Program-made: the position numbers and the translations under genes
Notes under the pieces: generated by a model
What the model was told of the DNA's origin: nothing
The model's database searches: none
What the model saw: the letters and a program-made list of their open reading frames with translations, nothing else
Shown here: positions 52,887 to 64,000 of the stretch, piece by piece
Position numbering within the stretch: position 1 is the stretch's first letter
How the letters are laid out: every line of letters starts with the position of its first letter
NCBI RefSeq assembly: GCF_022045235.1
Contig: NW_027266273.1
Span: 16,988,001 to 17,052,000 of the forward strand
Source: Haliotis cracherodii
Taxonomy: Eukaryota
Reading direction: 5' to 3'
Length of the DNA stretch: 64,000 bases

Positions 52887-53454
52887 ATACCAACATATGT
52901 ACGTGATATATATATTATACAAGAATTTGGTACTTGGAATCATTTATGGCTTTTTGTTCTGATGACTATTTAATACGATATTGAATAGTGGGTAGGTGAT
53001 ATACGCGTTTAACAATGATTTGACTGGTTCTGTCGCTTACTCAATGCATGACCTTCTATTAACGAGGCGGCTCTGTTGTTTGGGGGAAAAGCCGACGTTA
53101 CTTGTTGTTTATGACGTCGCTGACTTCATTGTGATGTTATCTTCTTTACACATATTTGTCTACACGTCATCAAAAATGACTTCGACGAATACTGAGATCT
53201 ATATTTTGAAAATTGAATAATGGCATTACATACAGTAACATTTGTGCAATATGTTTCCAAAAGTTTATTCACTCACTTATGTTATAAACAGTCACGCTGT
53301 CAGCACATTTCGCATTGTTTGCCATCAGTTGCTGTGTTAGTTTATCATTTACTGTTTATGGGTTTATATGGAAACAGTCTTTGAATTCCCTTTTGACGAA
53401 AGGCGTGTCTAAAGGTGTGCTAACGGCACACGCACCAATACATGTATACCTTAC

Positions 53455-53701
53455 CTGTGTGTTTTAATGTATAGCGCCACACTCTACATTCAAGCAATAT
53501 TCAAGCTATATTACGGCGATGTGTAGTTGTCGAGTCTGGACCAGGCAACACAGTGAATGATACAGTGAGCATCGATCTTCGCAGTTAGGATACGATGACA
53601 TGCATCAACCAAGTCGCCGAGCTTGTCAACCCGATAACTGTAGTTTCCTCTTACGACAAGCATGGTGTTGAAGACCAATTCTAACCAGGATCTTCATGGG
53701 T
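53455..53701 (-). mobile_element. SINE family 2 (diverged)
   Basis: tcgagtctggaccag...ctcttacgacaagcat...gaagaccaattctaacc..gatcttca. Confidence 0.82.
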
Positions 53702-55059
53702 TTTTACCTGACGACGACACTGAATTATTACTGTAAACACGTTAAACGAATCACTATATATTCAATAATGGTTTTCGGACATTTTATTTCCTACTTTTCC
53801 CCTTCTTTGTCTTCAGTCATTACGCATTCCCCTGGCGCTGGAAATAGCTCAGCAGGCCACCTGTGACATCTAGCCGGTTACAAATTGCAACTTTCCTCTT
53901 CCTTGACAAAAAATCTACTTCCCTTCTTGCTATTTCCTTGCAATTACCTCTTTTTACCTGTTTCATCTGAACGACCAGTGCTCCTCACGTTCAAGTGCGC
54001 TGTATAGTGCGCTCACCACTTTGGTGGACAAAGAAAAAAGGCAAACTAAAACTACTCACGTCTCCAGTATAATTTGTTATTCTCACAGCTGATTGGGGAA
54101 AGAAAGGGCAACGAACGGACCAACGACCTGAAGTATACTTATGTATGTGTTTGTAAATTACCTTGTTGAAATATAAAAATGGCAATTGATAATGTTTTAA
54201 TTTTCTGTGTCTCAACTTTCGTCATTTGTAGATCATTCGGGTATTATTTTCTATTGATTTGTTCCGCATTAATGTTATGGAAAGTATTTCTGTTACAAAC
54301 TTAAAATGTCAGAAATCACATTTTCATGAAAAATGTTTAAAAACTCTCGCAACCAGTATACCATCGGCACATCCAATATTGATGTTCAAATGGTTCAACG
54401 TTGAAGGGGCATAGAATATAATGTTATGTACAAGTTTATTCATATGAATATCGGTGAACAATCTGTTCGTTGTTATTACCTAGGTGTGTGTGTTATACCA
54501 CAGACATGATTTTAAATGTGTGCTGACATACAAAAAAAATTCGTATAAGCATCCTTGCTGTTTCTGAAAATATTTATTTATTTGAAAGTGTCAGTATTGA
54601 TTTCCACGTTGTGTACATGAGCAACAAAAATCACGCTGCTCACAGCCTTGCAAATATTTACATGCGAAAACACACATGTGGGTGTCTTGAAAATATCAGC
54701 AAAACAAATCGAAAAATTCGGATGCCGAGACGAGTCTAAAAATTGTTTAGATCTCGGTTGCCAGTTTTCAGTTCCGAGTTTCAGCAGTGTCATGATGTTG
54801 TTATCTAGCAATGTGTCACGTGACCAATACAACTCATACCTGTCAGGGATGGATTTTGCCTGGGGTCAGATTACCGCAATAACGATTCATCATAAATAAT
54901 ACCGCGGCATTAATCATCATTAGTTCACTACAATAATTAGTACGTGACGTTTTGTGTGTACATCTTTCATTAATGGCATCATTTTGTTCACTGCATGTAT
55001 GTATTCATATTACTCACGGGTAATCTTCCCTTCTCCATTAACATGTCTATACCGTAGAC

Positions 55060-55480
55060 ATGAACGTATGTGTCACTTCATGTCGAACAATATTCAAGCA
55101 GCTCCAGCCTTTAGTGTTTACACTTCACTACATTTGAGGTACAATCGAGCATGATCTTTCGACTCTTGCTAAAAATTTGTTTGATGGAGCTGACATGATC
55201 CAAGGACTTTAGTAAAGCTTTCAAAGGGTTTTATGGTGGCCATATGAAGGATTTTTTCAACTTGGAGGCATCAGTGACAATAAGAATGTCCCATGCAATT
55301 CTCTATTTTGACTTTTATCATGTACGTTCTTTGTTTCAGGTGAACAATTGGTTTGCCTTTGCATGTGTTTGCGACGGTTGCCACTCGTGGGGCAGGATAC
55401 GCTCACCTTCTCGAGAACACCTGGTATCATCACTATTTGATAGTGATTCATAAATACATGCTCATGATAGTCGGTATCGT
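55060..55480 (+). mobile_element. Penelope-like RT thumb fragment
   Basis: FMSNNIQAAPAFSVYTSLHLRYNRA...KAFKGFYGGH plus the downstream conserved block. Confidence 0.75.
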
Positions 55481-56424
55481 ACAATCGAGATTTATGATTA
55501 ATATAGAAACGGTTTTGGTGGTTTTTTTTCGTTTATTTTTATTAATCTATTATTTTCAACAAAAGAGAAGGAGATATTGACCCAGGGTCTACAGTGCCAC
55601 AAATAGGCGCCCTTGTTGAAAGGATCGTATTAAAACCACTTCTCATGATAGTCTGTAACGTACAATCGAATATTTATTATGAATATAGATAGGCTTTTGT
55701 CGCTTTTGGGGTTGTTTATTAATCTATTAATGTCAAATAAGGGAGGGGCGGTGACTGATCCGATGACTACCATTTTTTTTTTTTTATTAGACTTTGTCGT
55801 GGGGTTTAACAAAGAGATAAAAACAACCGCTCTCTCTCAGGTTCTCCGTCAATTTTCGGGCTGTTTACATCCTGGTAACCTGAAATTACTGAACTCACCT
55901 AGTCATTGATTTTGGATCTGTGTATCCAAATTCTATTATGTAACTTATCATATTTACCAAAACCGTATGCACTATGTGACAAGGAACGCTGAACAACATT
56001 TCAAATGTTCATCACTCGTGATGGAACGTAGGCTGCCGGACAAATGTTTGGATGTTGGCTATAAACTAAACACACAAAGATGGTTATCTGATGATGATGT
56101 ATTTGATACGGGTATCATTGTTGTGTTTTAGACGTTAAATGTGCGACTGTTTTCAACCAAGTAACGTTTTGATATTCTTTCTAATATTGATATATGTCTT
56201 TTGGTCAAAACCAATATCCAATTGTATACTTTCTTTTGCCCGGCAGTTCAGACAAATTAAATTCTCTTTGTAACATACATGGGATTATGCATAATCAACT
56301 ATTTGGGCCGTTGTATTCATTATTGTGCTTAGACAGAGATCGCATCGAGTCCGGGCTGACCATTTGCTAAACGGTGGATGCCGGACGCACAAATGAATAA
56401 TTATTACATACTACTCAAAGGAAT

Positions 56425-56995
56425 TTAACTGAATTCAATTTCTTTATTCAGTATAAAGGCCACAGGCCCATGTAAAATAAATATTGACGTATAGAATATA
56501 CATATTGGTGCAATATTAAACAAGTATTACAAATGGGATGAACGTAATACAATAGCCTCTTTAATATGTTTACAGCATTGAAGTAAATCAGTTAGTTTGC
56601 CTGAGCTTATATGCTTAAATAACTCAGATTTACAATATAAATTTGAAATGTGTTTCTGTCTGATATCATCATATAATGGACATGATAGCATAAAATGTAA
56701 TTCAGTTTCAATGATGTTCTTACAAAAAGGACCAAACCTAAAATTAAAATCAATATTACTTTTTCTTCCAATATTCACCATATTTAATTCTCCATTTCTT
56801 AATAGTGATAACATTCTTCTTAGTTCTTTACAAGTGATTTTTAAGATATACGGTTCAATAACAAATGCTGTTTTGAGTGACGAATAAAATTCTAAATGTA
56901 TATAATCATTAACTTGTGAATGCCATGTTTGTATATAACAATATTTAACTCTTTGTGAAAACTCGCATATAAATAAATCAGTGTGACCAGGTATT
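56425..56995 (-). mobile_element. CR1/L2-type LINE 3' fragment
   Basis: SQRVKYCYIQTW...Y..LK..F..EPYI...R..LS.LR...IGR...FCKNIIETELHFMLSCPLYDDIR; aataaagaaattgaa tail. Confidence 0.85.
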
Positions 56996-57074
56996 TAAAG
57001 TATACTAGGAAAGAATCGGGTGGTCCTTAACTTCTTTTTAGTAGTATATAATGACAATGCCAACAATCCATACT

Positions 57075-57278
57075 GAGTTGTTTTGTTGTTTGTTTTACGT
57101 CACGGCGGCCTATAACAATCAGGTCTGGACTGGGCAAGCCAGATGTTGAAGTTATATACAATTCCCACGCAATCAACCAATTACGCGTCACCGAGCGTGA
57201 ACACTGGATCAAATTTTATCACCTCTTACGACAAGCAATAGAGTGGGGACATGTTCTAACCCGGCTCCCAACGGAGGC
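57075..57278 (-). mobile_element. Divergent relative of SINE family 2
   Basis: Minus strand ccgttgggagccgggttagaacatgtcccca...tgcttgtcgtaagaggtga...gtccagac...ggccgccgtgacgtaaaacaaacaac. Confidence 0.65.
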
Positions 57279-58140
57279 TGAACAGAATAAATGTCGCTTT
57301 GGTTATTGTGACAAGAGACACAGGGGAAGAATTGTCAATTAGTGAATTTTACATTCAATGAGAGAACGGTTACCTTAGTCTGTTCACTATAAATAAAACA
57401 ATTGGTATTTATTTAAACTATTTGCTTAATATGTTGCCAGAAAGATGTGTTACAATTGAAGACCATGAAATATTTACAATCTCGGTAACAACAAGCGAAG
57501 TTCTATAACATACTGTATCTCGTAGTTCTACATTAATTCGTACTGACCTGCTGATGGACTTGCTGTCCGTATCCTGTACCAATCAGTCAATAAGCCGTAT
57601 TATGTTTGTTTGCTCATACAAACACGCCTCTGTGTTATTTGGTCTGATGTTGGGCGCGGCAAAGTAAAGTATGTAAATAGATAGACTTCATGACGAGAAA
57701 TCAAAACATCAAAACAGCCGTAATACGTGGGTTAACTCGTGCTGTTGAATAAGTGTTTATTGACTCAAAAATGCAAAAATATTTGCATCTCCTACATGAG
57801 GCTTTTTTTATCGCCAACGTACCACTTCGTTTGTATTTTCTGCGTAGAACCCTTTATCTCATCTGCAGGAGTATGATCGGCTATACACGTATCTCGTGAA
57901 ATGGACAAAATTAAATGGATTTTGAATGGTATTAAAAAGTGATACGCATTAGGAAGAGAATTTCAACCTTTTTATTATGGGGAACACAACGTACTTAAAC
58001 GCAATGAAAAATGGGCAAATTACACCCGCCTCCCGTTTACCTATTGTCCATTGCCCATTTTCAATCAGTGATATTTAACTTCTGGCTTCCAGTTCTCAAT
58101 CATAATCATCTATCAGCGCAAACTGTTAAGTGTTGACTTC

Positions 58141-61100
58141 CATGTCAGCCAGTACTGTGTGAAGAAGGGAGCATGTCAGCCAGTACTGTGTGAAGAAAGA
58201 GAGCGTGTCATCCAGTTCTGTATGAAGTAAGGGAGCAGACAATAGTTTATTAACGTCTCACTCCTGTACATACATAAAACAGCTTTATACAACTTGACAT
58301 AGATAAAATGTACAGAACCATTCAATAGAATTATGAGAGACGAATTATCACAGAATTTATACATAAATGATATAAAGATGATATAGCAAAAAGTTATCCA
58401 TATAAAAGATGTTTTCTACGATTAAGAATTAAAAAGCAGACTTTGGCAAGTATAAAACACACACTGGAGTCACTGAAAATAAAACAAAGTTTGTCGACAT
58501 CAGGCATATCTAAAACATTATAAGACTTAGCAATACATTCATTAAAAAGAGTTGCCCTGATATCATCATATAATGCGCAGTGAAACAAAACATGGACCTC
58601 GTCTTCTACGCTGTCATTACAGTGAAAACATCTTCTATTATTGACAGGTACACCTTCGTATCGACCGGTTTCCACTCGAATAGGAGCCACACCACATCTA
58701 AACTTGGCTAGCGCCGATCTATAGTTTTGGGGCATCTTATTTGAAACATAGTATTCTGTCCCATATACTTGTTTGTGACATCGATACATTCTCAATTTAT
58801 TAAGCCCATTTCGCCCCTCTTCCTTTCTTAACATATCGCTCCAACGAGTAACATATTCATTTTTACACCATTGTTCCACCTGTGTACAAACAGAAAATTT
58901 ATCAATGAGCATGTCAGCCAGTTCTGTATGAAGCAAGGGAGCATATCAGTCAGTACTGTATGAAACAAGGGAGCATGTCAGCCAGTTCTGTATGAAGCAA
59001 GGGAGCATGTCAGTCAGTACTGTATGAAGCAAGGGAGCATGTCAGCTAGTTCTGTATGAAGCAAGGGAGCATGTCAGCCAGTTCCGTATGAAGCAAGGGG
59101 GCATGTCAGCCAGTACTGTGGGAAGCAAGGGAGCATGTCAGCCAGTTCAGTATGAAGCAAGGGAGTATGTCAGCCAGTTCTGTGTGAAGCAAGGGAGCAT
59201 GTAAGCCAGTTCAGTATGAAGCAAGAGAGCGTGTCAGCCAGTACTGTATGAAACAAGGGAGCATGTCAGCCAGTTCTGTATGAAGCAAGGGAGCATGTCA
59301 GTCAGTACTGTATGAAGCAAGGGAGCATGTCAGTCAGTACTGTATGAAGCAAGGGAGCATGTCAGCTAGATCTGTATTAAGCAAGGGAGCATGTCAGCCA
59401 GTACTGTGTGAAGCATGGGAGCATGTCAGCCAGTTCAGTATGAAGCAAGAGAGCGTGTCAGCCAGTTATGTATGAAGCAAGGGAGCATGTCAGCCAGTTA
59501 TGTATGAAGCAAGAGAGCGTGTCAGCCAGTTCAGTATGAAGCAAGGGGGCACGTCAGCCAGTACTGTATGAAGAAAGGGAGCATGTCAGCCAGTACTGTA
59601 TGAAGCAAGGGAGCATGTCAGCCAGTTCAGTATGTAGCAAGGGAGCGTGTCAGCCAGTACTGTATGAAGCAAGGGAGCATGTCAGCCAGTTCTGTATGAA
59701 GCAAGGGAGCATGTCAGCCAGTTCAGTATGAAGCAAGGGAGCATGTCAGCTAGTTCTGTATGAGGCAAGGGAGCATGTCAGCTAGTACTGTGTGAAGCAA
59801 GGGAGCATGTAAGCCAGTTCAGTATGAAGCAAGAGAGCGTGCCAGCCAGTACAGAATGAAGCAAGGGAGCATGTCAGCCAGTTCTGTATGAAGCAAGAGA
59901 GCATGTCAGCCAGTACTGTATGGAGCAAGGGAGCATGTCAACCAGTTCTGTATGAAGCAAGGGAGCATGTCAGCCAGTACTGTATGAAGCAAGGGAGCAT
60001 GTCAGCCAGTTCTGTATGAAGCAAGGGAGCATGTCAGCCAGTTCAGTATGAAGCAAGGGAGCATGTCGGCCAGTTCTGTATGAAGCAAGGGAGCATGTCA
60101 GCCAGTTCTGTATGAAGCAAGGGAGTATGTCAGCCAGTTCTGTATGAAGCAAGGGAGCATGTCGGCCAGTTCTGTATGAAGCAAGGGAGCATGTCAGCCA
60201 GTTCTGTATGAAGCAAGGGAGCATGTCAGCCAGTTCTGTATGAAGCAAGGGAGCATGTCGGCCAGTTCTGTATGAAGCAAGGGAGTATGTCAGCCAGTTC
60301 TGTATGAAGCAAGGGAGCATGTCAGCCAGTACCGTGTGAAGAAAGGGAGCATGTCAGCCAGTTCTGTATGAAGCAAGAGAGACTGTCAGCTAGTTCAGTA
60401 TGAAGCAAGGGAGCATGTCAGTCAGTACTGTTCGAAGAAAGGGAGCATGTCAGCCAGTTCTGTATGAAGCAAGGGAGCATGTCAGCCAGTTCTGTATGAA
60501 GCAAGGGAGCATGTCAGTCAGTACTGTATGAAGCAAGGGAGCATGTCAGCCAGTACTGTGGGAAGCAAGGGAGCATGTCAGCCAGTTCAGTATGAAGCAA
60601 GGGAGCATGTCAGCCAGTTCTGTGTGAAGCAAGGGAGCATGTAAGCCAGTTCAGTATGAAGCAAGAGAGCGTGTCAGCCAGTACTGTATGAAACAAGGGA
60701 GCATGTCAGCCAGTTCTGTATGAAGCAAGGGAGCATGTCGGCCAGTTCTTTATGAAGCAAGGGAGCATGTCGGCCAGTTCTGTATGAAGCAAGGGAGTAT
60801 GTCAGCCAGTTCTGTATGAAGCAAGGGAGCATGTCAGCCAGTACCGTGTGAAGCAAGGGAGCATGTCAGCCAGTTCAGTATGAAGCAAGAGAGCCTGTCA
60901 GCTAGTTCAGTATGAAGCAAGGGAGCATGTCAGTCAGTACTGTTCGAAGAAAGGGAGCATGTCAGCCAGTTCAGTATGAAGCAAGGGAGCATGTCAGCCA
61001 GTTCAGTATGAAGCAAGGGAGCATGTCAGCCAGTACTGTATGAAGCAAGGGAGCATGTCAGCCAGTTCAGTATGAAGCAAGGGAGCATGTCAGCCAGTAC

Positions 61101-61320
61101 TGTATGAAGCAAGGGAGCATGTCAGCCAGTTCAGTATGAAGCAAGGGAGTATGTCAGTCAGTACCGTGTTTAGAAAGAGAGCGTGTCAGTCAGTTCAGTA
61201 TGAAGCAAGGGAGCATGTCAGCCAGTACTGTGTGAAGAAAGAGAGCATGTCAGCCAGTTCAGTATGAAGTAAGGGAGCATGTCAGCTAGTACCGTGTGAA
61301 GAAAGAGAGCGTGTCAGCAA
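58141..61320. repeat. 32-bp satellite (gcatgtcagccagttctgtatgaagcaaggga), ~78 units
   Basis: 3 units at 58141-58237 and ~75 units at 58907-61320; flanked by identical 46-bp direct repeats (58098-58143 / 61328-61373). Confidence 0.98.
58238..58906 (-). mobile_element. 5'-truncated CR1/L2-type LINE inserted in the satellite
   Basis: Uninterrupted ~170-aa C-terminus KLRMY..K..Y.TE.YV...RSALAKFRCG..PIRVETGRY...CFHC...VEDEVHVLFHCALYDDIR; aataaa near the 3' end; gagca duplicated at the junctions. Confidence 0.92.
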
Positions 61321-61374
61321 GTTTTGTAATCATAATCATCTATCAGCGCAAACTGTTAAGTGTTGACTTCCATT

Positions 61375-61595
61375 TGTTTATTGCTCATCTCCTATCAGCG
61401 CCAATTATCTTTTGGCTTCCTTTGTTAGTTCCACCTTTGTTATCGTATTACTTTTGTTGTTCTTACAGTTACATGTACATACTAGTATGTTCTCTGTCTC
61501 ATATCATTTATTCACCTGATGAAGGAGTAAGTACTTAGAAACTTTGTGTTCCCCATAATAGAGAAGTTGACATCCATAAATACTTTTCCTTATAT
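61375..61595 (+). mobile_element. Penelope-like terminal repeat remnant with a degenerate hammerhead core
   Basis: cac-ctgatga-aggagtaagtactta-gaaac followed by aata.agaagttgacatccata...ccttat. Confidence 0.55.
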
Positions 61596-61674
61596 GAATT
61601 TTGTTTGTTTATTTGTTGATAAATCCAGTACTGCTTCAGTTTAAACTAACAATGGTAACACCACAGTGGTGGGC

Positions 61675-61895
61675 GAGTGAGCGTGTGAATGAACTGTATT
61701 CTAATAACAGCACGGCGTGTCAACTGTATGTGGGAGGAAAGCACGAAGTGATGCATGTATCAGACTTAGGTGAAACCAAGGAGCTCGGGATTGGTGCTGC
61801 CAAACCAAGATACATAACCGGGATTCGAATCCAGGAACATACTCTCGGGCTCAAGGGAGGCAACTCTGCAGATCGAATTTCGGCACTGTAGACGT
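61675..61895 (-). mobile_element. SINE family 3 (diverged)
   Basis: cacggcgtgtca..tgtgggaggaaagc..gaagtgatgcatgt..accgggattcgaa..caaggga.gcaactctgca matches 9080-9290. Confidence 0.85.
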
Positions 61896-62039
61896 GTACC
61901 CACCCACATCTGTAAACGTAGTGTTAAGGCAAACATCAGAACAAGTCAAGTTGAAACTAAACTGCATAACTAAGCACCGTTCTCAACGGTGTGCTTTCAT
62001 CCTGGTTCGTGTAGAATCATAGGTGAGGTGAGGTAAAAC

Positions 62040-62384
62040 GAGCTGAGGTTAGTTTAACGTCGAGTCCATGAGTATTGCACTTATATAGCGACGTGCATCT
62101 ACGTGTGTGTGTTTGTGTGGCTGCTTGTACTAGTCCGGACTGATGCCAATTTATAGTTCTAGCTCACTGAGATACCATTCCGCAGTTTAACATGAATACC
62201 CCACTCAGACACAGTATACTGACTCCGAGCCGACCAGTCCTTGTTTTAGCCCCTTAATGCCGAGCGCCAGACAGGGTAACAACAAGTACCACCTTTAACA
62301 TCTTTTGGTATGAAGCGGTAGGGGATCGAACCCCGGACCTTCCGCTCTCCGGGCGGACGCCATACCACTAGACCACGGAGGCGG
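62040..62384 (-). mobile_element. tRNA-derived SINE family 4 with Meta-like central domain
   Basis: Minus strand ccgtggtctagtgg...ggggttcgatcccc...cataccaaaagatgttaaaggtggtacttgttgttaccctgtctggcgctcggcattaagggg; Meta-domain assignment is from recalled consensus. Confidence 0.8.
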
Positions 62385-62574
62385 TCTTATCAAAGAAGAA
62401 GAAACAGTTTCACTAGAAACGTTCTTGATTACACGTTTGTGTTCAGTAATGATGAATACAACAATACTATTAAGGAAAGACAAAGACTTGTCTAATCATA
62501 AAAACATTTTGGAACATGTAGGCCTAAAGTACGAAAAACATGTTTCTTTGACTTTCATTATCATCATTATCATC

Positions 62575-62945
62575 ATAAGGTGATGGTTTAACGTCACATT
62601 CAAGATGATTGCATTTACAGCGACGTGCATGTGATGCGTGTCTGCATGTACCTGTGTCTGTGTGTATGGCTGTGACTGTGTGTGGCTGCTTGTACTTGTT
62701 CACACAGATGCCCGTTTTATAGTGCTGGGAAACCATGCCGTAGTTTTAGCAAGAATACCCCACTCAGAAAAACTTTACTGCCTTCCAGTCCTTGTTTTAT
62801 TCCCGTAAAGTAAAGCGCCAGGCAGGATAACAACAAGTACCATATTTTATCTTAAAGTCGTTGGGTGTGACACGGCGGGTAATCGAATCACCGACATTCA
62901 ACTCTCTGGGCAGATGCTCTATCCAAGACACCACGGATGCGGTTC
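62575..62945 (-). mobile_element. SINE family 4, second diverged copy
   Basis: Collinear with 62040-62384 (gaataccccactcaga, cagtccttgtttta, taacaacaagtacca). Confidence 0.8.
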
Positions 62946-64000
62946 GGTGCGGAAACGAATCCAGACATTTCTGTTTGGCTGTAAATTCAATTAGGCATCG
63001 GAAGCTTGCACTTGCACTTATTGGAAGCAATTAATCCCGAACGACAACAATGCAATATGATGACTTAACAACTTCCGGCAAATGTCTACAGAGGACATTA
63101 AACGCTTCCGCTGAACAAAGTAGTTCTTGCTGGAAACGCTAGCTGCAAGTAACATACACGTGTGGCAGCTCTGAGTACCAGCTGGTGTTGACATGAACAC
63201 AATGCAGACTTCACTCTACAAACTAATATTTAGGTAATAGAAACTGAACAAATACACCACAAAGCGACTGCAGTGGTCGTGCAACCTCTCGGGACTAATA
63301 ATTTGGTTTATCAGTCCCCGATTTCATATTTTAAGTGATCCTTTCATCGCGGGACAATATTAACGTTGTAATGGTGATTGGGATAATTCAACTGTGTAAA
63401 TACATGGAAATTAGTCTTGTCAATCAGACAGTGACAAGGATATTGATTACAATGTAATATCAGACGTCATGTGGATGCCGGCCAGGTCTAGCTATGTGCT
63501 GAACTAACGGTTTGAAAATACACTTCTGTCTTCGTTAAATTCTACAGGTAGATTTAATTACCTGTTTTAAATCTAACCTAAGCTGTGATAGAAACTAAGA
63601 ATCAATGCGATAGTTATTGTGATTTTATGTCACGTTCATCAACCTGCGTCTCTGTGCGGATGGTGCACTATTTTGCCCTGTGGGTAATCTCTGTGAGACT
63701 AATCCGCCTCAATCTCATTCTAGTCGTTGGCAGACACAAGTTTGATCACATCACGCCAATCTACACTGGTTACCTATGCCTAACTACTTGTGTTCGTATT
63801 CAAGCCCCAAAAGAACGTGTGTACTATTTATTGAACCCACGATAAGCCGCCCTAAATCCAGGCCTTGATATGAAGGACTATAACAAGCCGGTTTACATAC
63901 GCTAAATTAGTATTTTATAATGTCTGCAAAAGTTCGAGTTTCAATTATTATAATTTAAAATTATTTTAGCACTTTATAAGTAATATCATTAGTCAGTGCT

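Larger units (their letters stand above)
47480..57150 (+). repeat. Duplication unit copy C
   Basis: Collinear with copies A and B; contains small internal tandem duplications (47855/48171, 50868/51024, 55461/55642). Confidence 0.88.

Noticed and set aside
58141-61320. CRISPR-like array or 32-aa repeat protein
   Set aside because: Head-to-tail monomers with no unique spacers and no cas genes, in eukaryotic context; the 32-aa period is just 3 x 32 bp

Overview
AT-rich, repeat-saturated animal genomic DNA. The SINE, Penelope and LINE repertoire looks molluscan (abalone-like); this is inference. I find no intact host gene, and almost all ORFs in the track are noise or TE fragments. Main contents: (i) a local segmental-duplication cluster with three direct, diverged copies of a ~7-10 kb unit (~23.6-31.1, ~41.0-46.2, ~47.5-57.1 kb), an inverted partial copy (~16.8-22.3 kb) and smaller remnants; (ii) a once full-length L1/Tx1-type LINE (32026-39669, 14-bp TSD) whose KSPGPxG motif is split by a 3.6-kb TGT...ACA foldback DNA element (5-bp TSD); (iii) a second TGT...ACA element and two MITEs; (iv) fragments of R4/Dong-type, CR1/L2-type and Penelope-like retroelements; (v) four SINE families; (vi) a 32-bp satellite (~78 units) bracketed by a perfect 46-bp duplication. 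Best leads: a duplicated, fast-evolving exon-like ORF split in frame by a palindromic GTAAGG...CCTTAC insert, and a structured, apparently covarying 5' RNA leader on the commonest SINE family. All identities and alignments were judged by eye.
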